Source of the DNA: a virus
Taxonomy: Duplodnaviria > Caudoviricetes
Length of the DNA: 64,000 nt
Virus record (IMG/VR): IMGVR_UViG_3300021962_008356
Location: 1,446 to 65,445 of that record
Reading direction: 5' to 3' (one strand)
In this document: positions 1-9,113 of the stretch, piece after piece
Layout of the letters: every line of letters begins with the position of its first letter
Numbering within the stretch: the stretch's first letter is position 1
Translations under genes and position numbers: made by a program
The notes under the pieces: model-generated
Told to the model about the DNA's origin: nothing
Databases searched by the model: none
Seen by the model: only the letters and a program-made list of their open reading frames with translations

Positions 1-389
1 AGATCATCAACCTCGATAAATCCACCTTGTACTGTTCCATACGATTCAAAAATGATTTGAGCAATAGCGGTAGCCTTACCATCCTTGATCACTGGAAGCT
101 GCACTGGCTTGTCACCAAGATTGATCAGTGCCACTAGAATTTCTCCACGATAGTCGCTGTCAATAACACCAGCCAAAACATCAATACCATGCTTTACAGC
201 CAGACCACTGCGTGGTGCTACTCTACCATAAAATCCTTCTGGGATTGCCAAAGCAATGTCTGTCTTGAATGCCTTGCGTTCGCCTGGCTTGAGTTCATAG
301 GATTCTGTGGTGTATAGATCATATCCAGCAGCACCAGTGCTACCCTTGCTTGGAATTACAGCCTTGTCAGATAGTTTCTTAATGTTCAT
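1..389 (-). CDS. dut: dUTPase (runs off window start)
   Basis: Not in ORF track; read manually from ATG at 389: MNIKKLSDKAVIPSKGSTGAAGYDL...APRSGLA...GVIDSDYRGEI...IAQII; trimeric dUTPase motifs; ATGA overlap with upstream stop. Confidence 0.95.
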   Translation of the reverse strand, partial: MNIKKLSDKAVIPSKGSTGAAGYDLYTTESYELKPGERKAFKTDIALAIPEGFYGRVAPRSGLAVKHGIDVLAGVIDSDYRGEILVALINLGDKPVQLPVIKDGKATAIAQIIFESYGTVQGGFIEVDD

Positions 390-1354
390 TCTAGTTCCTT
401 TTTAATAGATTCAATATCGATTTTGTGCATTTCAAATCCAACCTTACCTTGTGGAAGTTTACGAATGTTGTAATCTTCACTATACTCAAATATATCAAAC
501 CGTTTGGGTGGTGTAAAGTTATCAATAGTATAGTCCAACGCTTTTATGAGTTGGTCACACATATTCTTGGAGTTAATGCCACCCTTGGTGAGTGCCCATT
601 CTCTACCTTCCTTACCACACCGTTCACGTCTTTCTGGTCCAGCCAAATACCAATACATGATAGCATCAGAAATAGGCTTGTAATCAATGATGTCGTCCAT
701 GATGTATGGAGTTGGAGGACTACCTTGCACAGTCGAACAGCAGGACCAAATAGGCCGTGCCCAGCACCCATGCTTTTTGTATTTGCCAGTAACATTGGTA
801 CCAAACTCCAAATTGAATTCTACTGGGTTACCATCGTCATCGGTGATGCCAAGTTGATCTTGAAGACCACCAGTTACATTTGCAATAACTGGGGTTCCGC
901 ACATGATGGCCTCAGCAATACTCAAACCAAAGCCTTCGTTGCTGCTGACGTTGGCAACCACGTCGCATAGATTGTAAAAAGCACACATCTCTTGTGGAGT
1001 CTTGCGACTTTCTTCCACTACCACTTTGTAGTTTGGACACAAAGCTTCAGCAACAGCGATCAAGTCTGTGCCTTGGTCTGTGCTTCGGTCGGTATGCATG
1101 AGCAAAGCACATTTAGCAGCCTGTTGTGGTGATAGATGATCACAGAAGTTTTTGAATGCCAAGATCAAGTTGGACGGATGCTTTCTGTGAGAATTTCTAC
1201 TATTGAATCCCACGATGAAATCATACTGTTCAAGGTCAAAGTATTCCTTGTATAGCTTTTTTACAGTTTTGTCGTTCTTTTCAAGAGGGCGAAATTCGCT
1301 GCTGTTGATGCCGTGTGGCACATAATGAAGTAGGTGTTTTCCGTTGACTGGCAT
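386..1354 (-). CDS. GT-B (GT4-like) glycosyltransferase, C-terminal part
   Basis: HYVPHGIN, SRNSHRK, SNEGFGLSIAEAIMCGTP (E-x7-E motif). Confidence 0.85.
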   Translation of the reverse strand: MPVNGKHLLHYVPHGINSSEFRPLEKNDKTVKKLYKEYFDLEQYDFIVGFNSRNSHRKHPSNLILAFKNFCDHLSPQQAAKCALLMHTDRSTDQGTDLIAVAEALCPNYKVVVEESRKTPQEMCAFYNLCDVVANVSSNEGFGLSIAEAIMCGTPVIANVTGGLQDQLGITDDDGNPVEFNLEFGTNVTGKYKKHGCWARPIWSCCSTVQGSPPTPYIMDDIIDYKPISDAIMYWYLAGPERRERCGKEGREWALTKGGINSKNMCDQLIKALDYTIDNFTPPKRFDIFEYSEDYNIRKLPQGKVGFEMHKIDIESIKKELE

Positions 1355-1356
1355 AA

Positions 1357-1911
1357 TTAAGCGTTCTCCTTGATAATGTTTCCGTTTTTGTCAAAATCAC
1401 CAAACAAGCTGGTGCAGTTTTCTGGTCCCAGTACCCACTTGTTGATATTGTCGGTTTGGCGGCTGATGGCAAACAGCGCATCACAACTCTTGTAGTAGGG
1501 TTTGTTCCACATAGGATATGGAAGGTCGTCCCAAATGTCAAGATAAGTAATAGGAATCTTGCTGCGAACTTGATGCTCAATAGCATACAACCATGTCCAG
1601 AATCTAGGATCTGTAAAATGCATGATTGCGTCTGGCTTTTCTAGTGCCAACACTTGAAACAACAAATCTTCGTTGCCATAATCATTGACGTGATACAACT
1701 TAAGATAACAATCGTTGCGGTTTGTAAGCTTGTTACATGCATCACTCATGTCGGTGACTTTACCAGGCTCGGGATGTTTCATAGCTCCAGCCAGTTGTAC
1801 CCAATCAAAATGATGTACTGTGCCCATGACCAATTCTCGACTCATGGTGGCTACACCACTGTGCATTCGTAGGTCATCCGATAGTAGTAGGATTTTGCGT
1901 TTGTTGCTCAT
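1357..1911 (-). CDS. GT-B glycosyltransferase, N-terminal part
   Basis: KILLLSDD...SGVA...PDAIMHFTDP: N-terminal Rossmann domain complementing the downstream ORF. Confidence 0.8.
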   Translation of the reverse strand: MSNKRKILLLSDDLRMHSGVATMSRELVMGTVHHFDWVQLAGAMKHPEPGKVTDMSDACNKLTNRNDCYLKLYHVNDYGNEDLLFQVLALEKPDAIMHFTDPRFWTWLYAIEHQVRSKIPITYLDIWDDLPYPMWNKPYYKSCDALFAISRQTDNINKWVLGPENCTSLFGDFDKNGNIIKENA

Positions 1912-2132
1912 TGTTTATTCTTGTGAGGGTTGGAAAGAGTAAATGGTTCATTTGTGCTAAGTACACGACATACACTTTCACTGATCTCGTTGCGAAAATC
2001 AGCATCATCAACATACCTTTCAAGACACTTGTTTACAAAGTCTTGAAACGAGATTTGCGCTCGTACATTGATTTCTTTGAACTGCGTGTATAGCTCTTTA
2101 TCCAGTTTTACTGTAGTAACAAATGATTCCAT
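1908..2132 (-). CDS. small protein, possible ribbon-helix-helix DNA-binding
   Basis: Likely start MESFVTTVKLDKELYTQFK; strand-helix-helix pattern; translational coupling to next gene. Confidence 0.5.
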   Translation of the reverse strand: MESFVTTVKLDKELYTQFKEINVRAQISFQDFVNKCLERYVDDADFRNEISESVCRVLSTNEPFTLSNPHKNKQ

Positions 2133-2186
2133 AACATATTTGCATATATACATATGTTCATATGTTGGAATCGATTAATTTATTTG

Positions 2187-3089
2187 TTACTTGCTTTCTT
2201 TGCCGTCACAAGCTTTTTTGTAATGAACACAATACTTGCAATTCTTTTTGGCTTTGCCTGGAATTTTGGGATATTCGTTGGTGACGTTGTAGCTGCCGTC
2301 TGGATTGAAACCGTGGTCAAGAAAGCCAATAAAGTTGTTGATGCTTTCTTTGATTGCAATCGATCCGTTTGGTGGAACAAACAATTGAATGCGACTTTGA
2401 GGAAATGATGCTTGCTCATACAGCTTGCGCTTTACGATAAAGAATTCAACGTCGATGGCATCCAGTGGCACACCAAACTTTTTGCTGTATACGCTTTTGT
2501 ATAGATGAAGCTGTGCATACTTGCTTTCATCTTCCTTCATGTACTTGTTCCAACCATTGCTGCTGGTCTTGATGTCGATGATTCGATATTTGTGTTTGTT
2601 TTTCTCTTTCAACACCACATCAATAAAACCTACAAACTCCACGTTGTTTTTGAGTGAAATTTCCAAAGGCAATTCAATGCCAACTAGTTCATAGTCATTG
2701 GAAGGAAAGTGTTTGATACGATTGCTGGCTTTGCAGAATGCAGCAATAATGTCTTCTCCGTCATAACCAAACTCGGTGAATTCGTCGTCGCTCAACCCAT
2801 TGCCGTTTTCGTCTTTGATCTTGGCAGATTCTTCCTTGAACTTGTCATAGAACATTTGTTTGAGATCCAAAGCATCTGCTGCTGCCACGCTATCTTTATA
2901 GAGTGCGGTCAGATACGTCTGAAACACATGATGAATGGCGGTGCCAAATGAAGTATTAACATTATCATCACGAACTCGTAGATTCTTGACATAATCCAAA
3001 TACCATTTGTGAGGGCACTTCAGAAATGTAGAATACTGGCTGAAACTTACCCTATTTCGTTTTTGTGTTTTTTGTTCTTGATCAGACAT
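2187..3089 (-). CDS. PD-(D/E)XK Cas4/RecB-like exonuclease
   Basis: SFSQY..CP, FGTAIH, GFID, IIDIKT, QLHLY, C-terminal CKYC..C (1+3 Cys, Fe-S type); start moved to ATG 3089. Confidence 0.85.
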   Translation of the reverse strand: MSDQEQKTQKRNRVSFSQYSTFLKCPHKWYLDYVKNLRVRDDNVNTSFGTAIHHVFQTYLTALYKDSVAAADALDLKQMFYDKFKEESAKIKDENGNGLSDDEFTEFGYDGEDIIAAFCKASNRIKHFPSNDYELVGIELPLEISLKNNVEFVGFIDVVLKEKNKHKYRIIDIKTSSNGWNKYMKEDESKYAQLHLYKSVYSKKFGVPLDAIDVEFFIVKRKLYEQASFPQSRIQLFVPPNGSIAIKESINNFIGFLDHGFNPDGSYNVTNEYPKIPGKAKKNCKYCVHYKKACDGKESK

Positions 3090-3095
3090 AACACT

Positions 3096-3123
3096 ATGGT
3101 ACACTATAATTACCAACTGTCAA
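3096..3123 (-). promoter_or_regulatory. sigma70-type promoter TTGACA-N16-TACCAT
   Basis: -10 ends 6 nt before ATG 3089. Confidence 0.7.
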
Positions 3124-3146
3124 CATCAACAACTATTTATTAGAGT

Positions 3147-3896
3147 ATGAAGAAACTATTTTCAATATTGATAACAACCCTAGCATTGACCTCGACTATT
3201 TTTGCCAATGATCTGTTTTTGTACGGACTTGCTGAAAAGGTTGAGATTGCCGAAGTCGTTGACAACAAATTGACCGTGTTGCCAACCACGATTGGAAAAA
3301 CCTATACGCTACACAACAATCTGTCGGTAACAACGTCTACCAACGAAACTGCTGCGTATGTACTACCATACAGAATTGCAATTCAACAAAAAGAGCTTAG
3401 TGCCGCATATTTTAATGCCACACCAACCGATTACGTCAACGACTTTAAGCTACCCGAAGTATTGAAAATCAAGGACTCACAATTCAATTTTAGTGCTCAA
3501 GGAGAGTTTTACGTGTTGAGTGAGAGTGCCAAGCAAACCACAATTGGCACCAGCATGAGTTTGATTGTATTTGAGAAGGCAGCACTGTTTGTCAAGGCGG
3601 GAGAAAAGTTCACACACGTATATGTGCTGGACGGAACTGCAACGGTATTGGATAGCAAAAGCAGCAAAAAGAAAAAAGAACTCAAGGCTGGCGACTATCT
3701 TGTAATTACTCCTCAAGCCACACTCAGTCCAAAAGAAACCGCCATCCGCAATCTGGGCAACAGTTTCAGCATCAAAGAAGTTGAAGATATTGAAAAAGAT
3801 GCACATGCTGCTGAAATAAAGACTTTACAAACCAAGCTTGATAACGTATTGTTTGTCAACTATGGTACCAACATTTTTGGTATCAAGTTGCACTAA
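3147..3896 (+). CDS. exported protein, FecR-like beta domain
   Basis: N-terminal signal peptide MKKLFSILITTLALTSTIFA; THVYVLDGTATV...LKAG resembles FecR. Confidence 0.5.
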   Translation: MKKLFSILITTLALTSTIFANDLFLYGLAEKVEIAEVVDNKLTVLPTTIGKTYTLHNNLSVTTSTNETAAYVLPYRIAIQQKELSAAYFNATPTDYVNDFKLPEVLKIKDSQFNFSAQGEFYVLSESAKQTTIGTSMSLIVFEKAALFVKAGEKFTHVYVLDGTATVLDSKSSKKKKELKAGDYLVITPQATLSPKETAIRNLGNSFSIKEVEDIEKDAHAAEIKTLQTKLDNVLFVNYGTNIFGIKLH

Positions 3897-3902
3897 TAAT
3901 AC

Positions 3903-4130
3903 ATGAGATTGGAACAGTTACACAGCCTAAACGAAGACGAACTTGCAATGCTTTGGTATTGCATCAACAAAATCGACCCACCTGTATTGGCTGGAGTCGA
4001 ACTTGATCCAGAAGTATTTCCCAGCATAAACCATCGCAAGTTGATGGATAGGCTAACCAACGCCAGAATTACCGTTAAAGAGGAACATCTTCCACTTTTC
4101 GATGGACTTGTGGCAAAGCTTCGTGTATAA
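3903..4130 (+). CDS. hypothetical protein
   Basis: Compact ORF filling the gap before the polymerase. Confidence 0.6.
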   Translation: MRLEQLHSLNEDELAMLWYCINKIDPPVLAGVELDPEVFPSINHRKLMDRLTNARITVKEEHLPLFDGLVAKLRV

Positions 4131-4142
4131 TCGTTACATCGT

Positions 4143-6860
4143 ATGTATCAGAACATTCACTTCGACCGAGCAACCAACACTTGCCATCTGTGGGACGACA
4201 AAAAGGGTTACACCAACTTTGTGTTTCGTCCTTATGCATATCGCAAGCGTAAGGGTGGTAAGTACAAAAGTATTTTCGGTGATGAACTAGAAAAGGTGTA
4301 CAGTTTCAATCCAAAAGATCCGTCGTTGTTTGAAAGCGACGTTCCGATTGATACTCGTATTTTGATTGACGCTTATCAAGATAGTGACGAACTATCCGAG
4401 GGTCATCGTGTGTTGTTTCTTGATATTGAGGTCAGCACTGAAGGTGGCTATGCCAACGACGAAGAAGCTGACAAGGAAATCACAGCTATCGCCGTGTATG
4501 ATAGTGCGCTCAAGAAATACACAGCATTCATTTTGGACCGCAATGGTCTAATTCCAGATTTTGATTCCGAAGAAAAAGCCATCGTCAGTTTTCGTGACGA
4601 AGAAGGCATGTTGAGCGCATTTCTCAACAAGTGGGAAGAAATTCAACCCACGATTGTGACTGGTTGGAACAGTGCGCAGTTTGACATGCCTTATATCTAT
4701 CGTCGTTTGAAAAACGTGGTAGGCGCACAAAACGCAAAGCGTCTTAGTCCTATTGGCGTGGCTTATATCAATGACTGGAATCAAAAGCTGGTTATTGGTG
4801 GTGTGACGCATCTTGACTACATGAAGGTGTATGAAAAGATGATGATCAAAAAGGAACCCAGCTACTCGCTCAATGCAATCGGCAAAAAGCAAGTGGGTAT
4901 GGAAAAGATTACCTATCGTGGTAGTCTTGACACTCTCTACAAGGAAGACATCAAAAAGTATGTCGAATACAACCTAAACGACGTGGAAATCATGGTCGCA
5001 ATTGATCAAAAGCTCAAGCTGATTGATCTGGTGCGAGCTATTTGTCACAAGGGTCACGTTCCATACGAATGCTATGATCGTAGCTCACGCTTCATCGAAG
5101 GTGCAATCTTGATGTATTTGCGACGTAACAATCAAGTCGCAAAGAACAAGCCTGTTGATGGTAGAGAGGAATATGAAAATCAACAAGAATCCGATGAACA
5201 AGGATTTGAGGGTGCGTATGTTAAGGAGCCTGTGCCTGGTCGTTATGAGTGGGTTTTTGATTTGGACCTCACATCAATGTATCCGAATATCGTCATCAGT
5301 CTTAACATCAGTCCTGAGACCAAGGTAGCAGTTATTGATCGTATTGAATATGACGAGCAACATATTACAGATCGCCGCCGTGAACTTACTGACGACTGGG
5401 AGAACTTGAGCGACAAAGCCAAGAACGAAACTCCGTTGGAGCAATACATCGAACAGAAATTGTATAGCTACAACGCTCGTATGTTTGCGCAAAACAAAAT
5501 TTCTACATATCATCTTGGGTCTGCGAGCTATACACATGCTCAACTCAAGGATTTATTGGAGCAAAGCAAGTTGAGCATCAGCAGCAACGGTGTGCTGTAT
5601 CAAAAAGACGTTCCAGGTGTGCTTCCTAATATTCTAGTGAAGTGGTTCGATGAACGTAAAGAAATGCGTACACTTGCAAAGAAGTATGCAAAAGAAAAGA
5701 ATTGGGAACTTTACGAGTTCTATGAACAGCGTCAGAAAGTGCAGAAGGTTCTTCTTAACTCAATCTATGGCGTATTGGGTCTGGCAATCTTCCGTTTTTA
5801 TGACAAAGATAATGCGAGTGCTGTTACCATAACTGGTCAAGATATTATCAAAACCACGGGTAAAGCAATTAACGAGTATTTCAAGAAAACCTTGAATGTT
5901 ACTGACGGCAATTACGTGATCTACACAGATACAGATTCGTGCTTTGCTAGTGCATTGCCTATCATTGAAAAGAACATGCCAGACGTGGATTTGAACAATG
6001 AAAAGCAAATGACCGATGCTATTCTGAAAGTAACCACCGAGGTGCAAACCTTTGTCAACAAGTTCTACGACAAAATGGCTGGACGATTGTTCAACATCGA
6101 CAAACATCGTTTTGATGCCAAGCAAGAGGTTATTGCCAAGACCAGTTTTTGGTTGAGCAAGAAACGCTATGCTCAGTTCATCATCAACGTGGGTGGTTTG
6201 GATGTAAAAACCATGGAAGTCACACACGAAAATCGAAACGAATTCGTGTTTGATGCAAATGGAACACACATTGCGAAGTTGGAAGTAAAGGGTATTGACG
6301 TGGTTAAAAGCTCGTTCCCGATCTATTTCAGAAACTTCATGGAGAAATTCCTACAAGATGTGTTGTTGAAGACTGACAAAACCGAGATTGACTCTAAAAT
6401 TCTGGCTTTGCTTAACGATTTGCCAAACGTCAACATCATTGATGTGGCAAAAAACACCAGTGTTAAGTTCAAGAGCAAAGACAAAAAGCGAGATTTCAAT
6501 CCCAAGACTCGTCATTCGTTCAAGTATGTTATTGGAACCACAGCACAAGCCAAAGCTGCGCTTGCATACAATGATCTTTTGAAGTATTATGGTATCGACA
6601 AGATGGTGCCGCCGATCTTTCATGGTCAAAAAATTAAGTGGGTGTATCTCAAGAAAAACCAATTTGACTTGGATTGTGTGGCATTGAAAGCTGATGGTAC
6701 TGATCCAGATCAGATTCTTGAGTTTATCAAAGATCATGTGGATCGTCATGCAATGTATGAGCAAGAATTGAAAGGTAAATTGTCGGACTTTTATGATATT
6801 TTGAAGTGGAAGTATCCCAACGAAACGGATGCAACTGTGGATGAATTCTTTGGATTTTAA
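4143..6860 (+). CDS. family B DNA polymerase (T4 gp43-like)
   Basis: Exo motifs DIE, TGWN..FD, YNLND; pol motifs DLTSMYP, KVLLNSIYG, YTDTDS, KKRY. Confidence 0.98.
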   Translation: MYQNIHFDRATNTCHLWDDKKGYTNFVFRPYAYRKRKGGKYKSIFGDELEKVYSFNPKDPSLFESDVPIDTRILIDAYQDSDELSEGHRVLFLDIEVSTEGGYANDEEADKEITAIAVYDSALKKYTAFILDRNGLIPDFDSEEKAIVSFRDEEGMLSAFLNKWEEIQPTIVTGWNSAQFDMPYIYRRLKNVVGAQNAKRLSPIGVAYINDWNQKLVIGGVTHLDYMKVYEKMMIKKEPSYSLNAIGKKQVGMEKITYRGSLDTLYKEDIKKYVEYNLNDVEIMVAIDQKLKLIDLVRAICHKGHVPYECYDRSSRFIEGAILMYLRRNNQVAKNKPVDGREEYENQQESDEQGFEGAYVKEPVPGRYEWVFDLDLTSMYPNIVISLNISPETKVAVIDRIEYDEQHITDRRRELTDDWENLSDKAKNETPLEQYIEQKLYSYNARMFAQNKISTYHLGSASYTHAQLKDLLEQSKLSISSNGVLYQKDVPGVLPNILVKWFDERKEMRTLAKKYAKEKNWELYEFYEQRQKVQKVLLNSIYGVLGLAIFRFYDKDNASAVTITGQDIIKTTGKAINEYFKKTLNVTDGNYVIYTDTDSCFASALPIIEKNMPDVDLNNEKQMTDAILKVTTEVQTFVNKFYDKMAGRLFNIDKHRFDAKQEVIAKTSFWLSKKRYAQFIINVGGLDVKTMEVTHENRNEFVFDANGTHIAKLEVKGIDVVKSSFPIYFRNFMEKFLQDVLLKTDKTEIDSKILALLNDLPNVNIIDVAKNTSVKFKSKDKKRDFNPKTRHSFKYVIGTTAQAKAALAYNDLLKYYGIDKMVPPIFHGQKIKWVYLKKNQFDLDCVALKADGTDPDQILEFIKDHVDRHAMYEQELKGKLSDFYDILKWKYPNETDATVDEFFGF

Positions 6861-6866
6861 GCTGCT

Positions 6867-7277
6867 ATGAAAACATATAGTGAGTTATTGAATATTCCCG
6901 AAACGGGCGGTAAAATCCCGTTGTATATCAAAGATTCTGGTAAACTGAACATTTCCAATGCGTATGAACGTGTGGTAATTGGTCAACGTGGTCCATACGT
7001 GGAGTTTACAAAAAAGCAGATCTCTGAAAAAGGACTTTACATTCCCACCAAACAGTTGTATCGTTTGAGTGATCCTAAAGTCTATTACATTGAATTTAGA
7101 ACAATCCAAGGCAACGCCAAAGTGTATTATCAAATGCGCACTGTGGCATATGCAGACTACAAGATTGAGCACTTCTATATTTCTCCAGATGATCTTGAGA
7201 TGGAAGATGGTATTCCATGTATAAGTCAAGATATTTCGTTCTATAAGAATGCAGAAGAATTTTTTCAATTTGATTGA
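6867..7277 (+). CDS. hypothetical protein in replication module
   Basis: 136 aa between polymerase and clamp; RVVIGQRGPYVEF, YADY; C-terminus EEFFQFD. Confidence 0.75.
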   Translation: MKTYSELLNIPETGGKIPLYIKDSGKLNISNAYERVVIGQRGPYVEFTKKQISEKGLYIPTKQLYRLSDPKVYYIEFRTIQGNAKVYYQMRTVAYADYKIEHFYISPDDLEMEDGIPCISQDISFYKNAEEFFQFD

Positions 7278-7301
7278 CAACCAACAAACCACTGATATAC
7301 T
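7274..7301 (+). promoter_or_regulatory. sigma70-type promoter TTGACA-N16-TATACT with extended TG
   Basis: -10 ends 6 nt before clamp ATG 7308. Confidence 0.75.
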
Positions 7302-7307
7302 AGAAGC

Positions 7308-8099
7308 ATGAAGAAAGATACACTGAATACATTCATCGACAAATACTCCCTCAACGGCACCATCGAATCTGTGAAGTGGACCGTTTCAACCAAAGACAAG
7401 AACATTGCCACAAGCTCAATGAGCGATGATCGTGGTGTTCTTAGTTTCGTAACAATCAAAGACAATGCTGGTCTCAACGACATGGAAATTGGCGTGAACG
7501 ACACCAGCAAGCTCAAGAAAATGCTCACTGTGCTTGGTGATGACGTTGTGATCACACCCAACACGGTCAGCGTAGAATCCGAAGACTCCGAGGGCAACCC
7601 TATTAAGACCGACAAGGTGTTGTCACTCACAATCGTCAGCGGCGAAACCGAAGTACAGTATTGTACTGCCGATTTGAGTGTGATTCCTCCAGTTCCTCCG
7701 CTCAAGAAGCTGCCAGCTTTCAACTTGGAGATTCCGTTGACCAAGGAGTTTATTACAACCTTCATCAAGGCAAAGAGTGCATTGAATGACGACGACAATC
7801 TGACTCTATCTGCCGACAAGAAGGGCAAGATCAAGATGACGTTGGGCTATAGCACCAACAACAGCAATCGTATCAATATTGAGGTCAAACCTAACGATGG
7901 TAAGAACAAGTTGACCAAGACGCTACATTTCAACGCAAAGTTCTTGAAGGAAATCCTTACCAGCAACAGCGATTGTGAAAATGCTGTGTGGAAGATCAGC
8001 GAAGCTGGTTCTGGTGGATTGTCTCATATTGAGTTTAGCGATCCAAACTCATTGTTTATCAGTAACTATTACTTGGTTGGTATCAACAAGATCGACTAA
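7308..8099 (+). CDS. sliding clamp (gp45-like)
   Basis: Size, position between polB and clamp loader; FIDKYSLNG, Y..ADLSVIP, FNAKFLKEIL, SNYYLV. Confidence 0.75.
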   Translation: MKKDTLNTFIDKYSLNGTIESVKWTVSTKDKNIATSSMSDDRGVLSFVTIKDNAGLNDMEIGVNDTSKLKKMLTVLGDDVVITPNTVSVESEDSEGNPIKTDKVLSLTIVSGETEVQYCTADLSVIPPVPPLKKLPAFNLEIPLTKEFITTFIKAKSALNDDDNLTLSADKKGKIKMTLGYSTNNSNRINIEVKPNDGKNKLTKTLHFNAKFLKEILTSNSDCENAVWKISEAGSGGLSHIEFSDPNSLFISNYYLVGINKID

Positions 8100-8112
8100 C
8101 ACATAGTTGTAT

Positions 8113-9069
8113 ATGAGCTTTTTCGAGGAAACTCCCCAGACCAAGGGTGACAGTCATGGTATTTGGACCGAGAAGTATCGACCAGATACCTTGGAGAATT
8201 ACATTTGCAACGATCAGTTGCGTGGTATTATTTCCAATTTTCTGACCAAAAAGGACTTTTCGCATTTGTTGTTCTACGGATCTGCTGGAACTGGCAAGAC
8301 TACACTTGCCAAGATTCTAACCAAAAACATTCCATGCGACGTGATGTATGTCAATGCATCCGACAACACTGGTGTTGATTTTGTGCGTGACAAGATCAAG
8401 CCGTTTGCATCTTCGATGGGTTTTCATGACATCAAGGTTGTGATTTTGGACGAGGCTGATTACATGTCTGCCAACTCTCAAGCATCACTGCGCAATTTGA
8501 TGGAGACCTACAGCAAGACCACACGGTTTATTTTGACATGTAATTATGTTGAGAAGCTGATTGATCCCGTCATTAGTCGTAGTCAGAAGTTTCGCTTGGA
8601 GCCTCCTACTATGAAGGACGTTGCAATGTATGCTATTCGTATTCTTGATGCTGAAAAGATCAAGTATGAAAAGACAGACGTTGCAAGTGTGATCAAGGAT
8701 TTTTATCCCGACGTTCGCAAGATCGTAAACTTTCTTCAACAGAGTTCCACCAATGGTACGTTGGAGTTGGTCAAGACACAAAGTGCTGGTCATGATCTGA
8801 AACTAAAACTGATTCAGTTGCTTGGTGATGCCAAGACCAATAAAAAGGCATTCAACGAAATTCGGCAGTTGGTCAACGATGCTGGTATCAAAATGTTTGA
8901 TGAACTTTACTCTGAGCTTTATAACAAGGTGGGGGAGTATGCAAAAGGAAACGACATCAGCGTGATCATCGACATATCTGAGAGTTTATATCAAAATTCG
9001 ATGGTGGTTGACAAAGAAATCACGTTTATGGCGTGTATTGCAAAGATACTAAAAACCGTGGCTAAGTGA
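8113..9069 (+). CDS. clamp loader AAA+ subunit (gp44/RFC-like)
   Basis: WTEKYRP, GSAGTGKTT, NASD, ILDEAD, FILTCN, SRS. Confidence 0.95.
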   Translation: MSFFEETPQTKGDSHGIWTEKYRPDTLENYICNDQLRGIISNFLTKKDFSHLLFYGSAGTGKTTLAKILTKNIPCDVMYVNASDNTGVDFVRDKIKPFASSMGFHDIKVVILDEADYMSANSQASLRNLMETYSKTTRFILTCNYVEKLIDPVISRSQKFRLEPPTMKDVAMYAIRILDAEKIKYEKTDVASVIKDFYPDVRKIVNFLQQSSTNGTLELVKTQSAGHDLKLKLIQLLGDAKTNKKAFNEIRQLVNDAGIKMFDELYSELYNKVGEYAKGNDISVIIDISESLYQNSMVVDKEITFMACIAKILKTVAK

Positions 9070-9113
9070 TTGTAATATCTACCAAAGCATAGTGACTTGC
9101 TATTTATTCTGGA

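Noticed and set aside
4143-6860. Intein or intron in the polymerase
   Set aside because: ORF is continuous, insertions are short, and there are no C...HN splice or LAGLIDADG motifs
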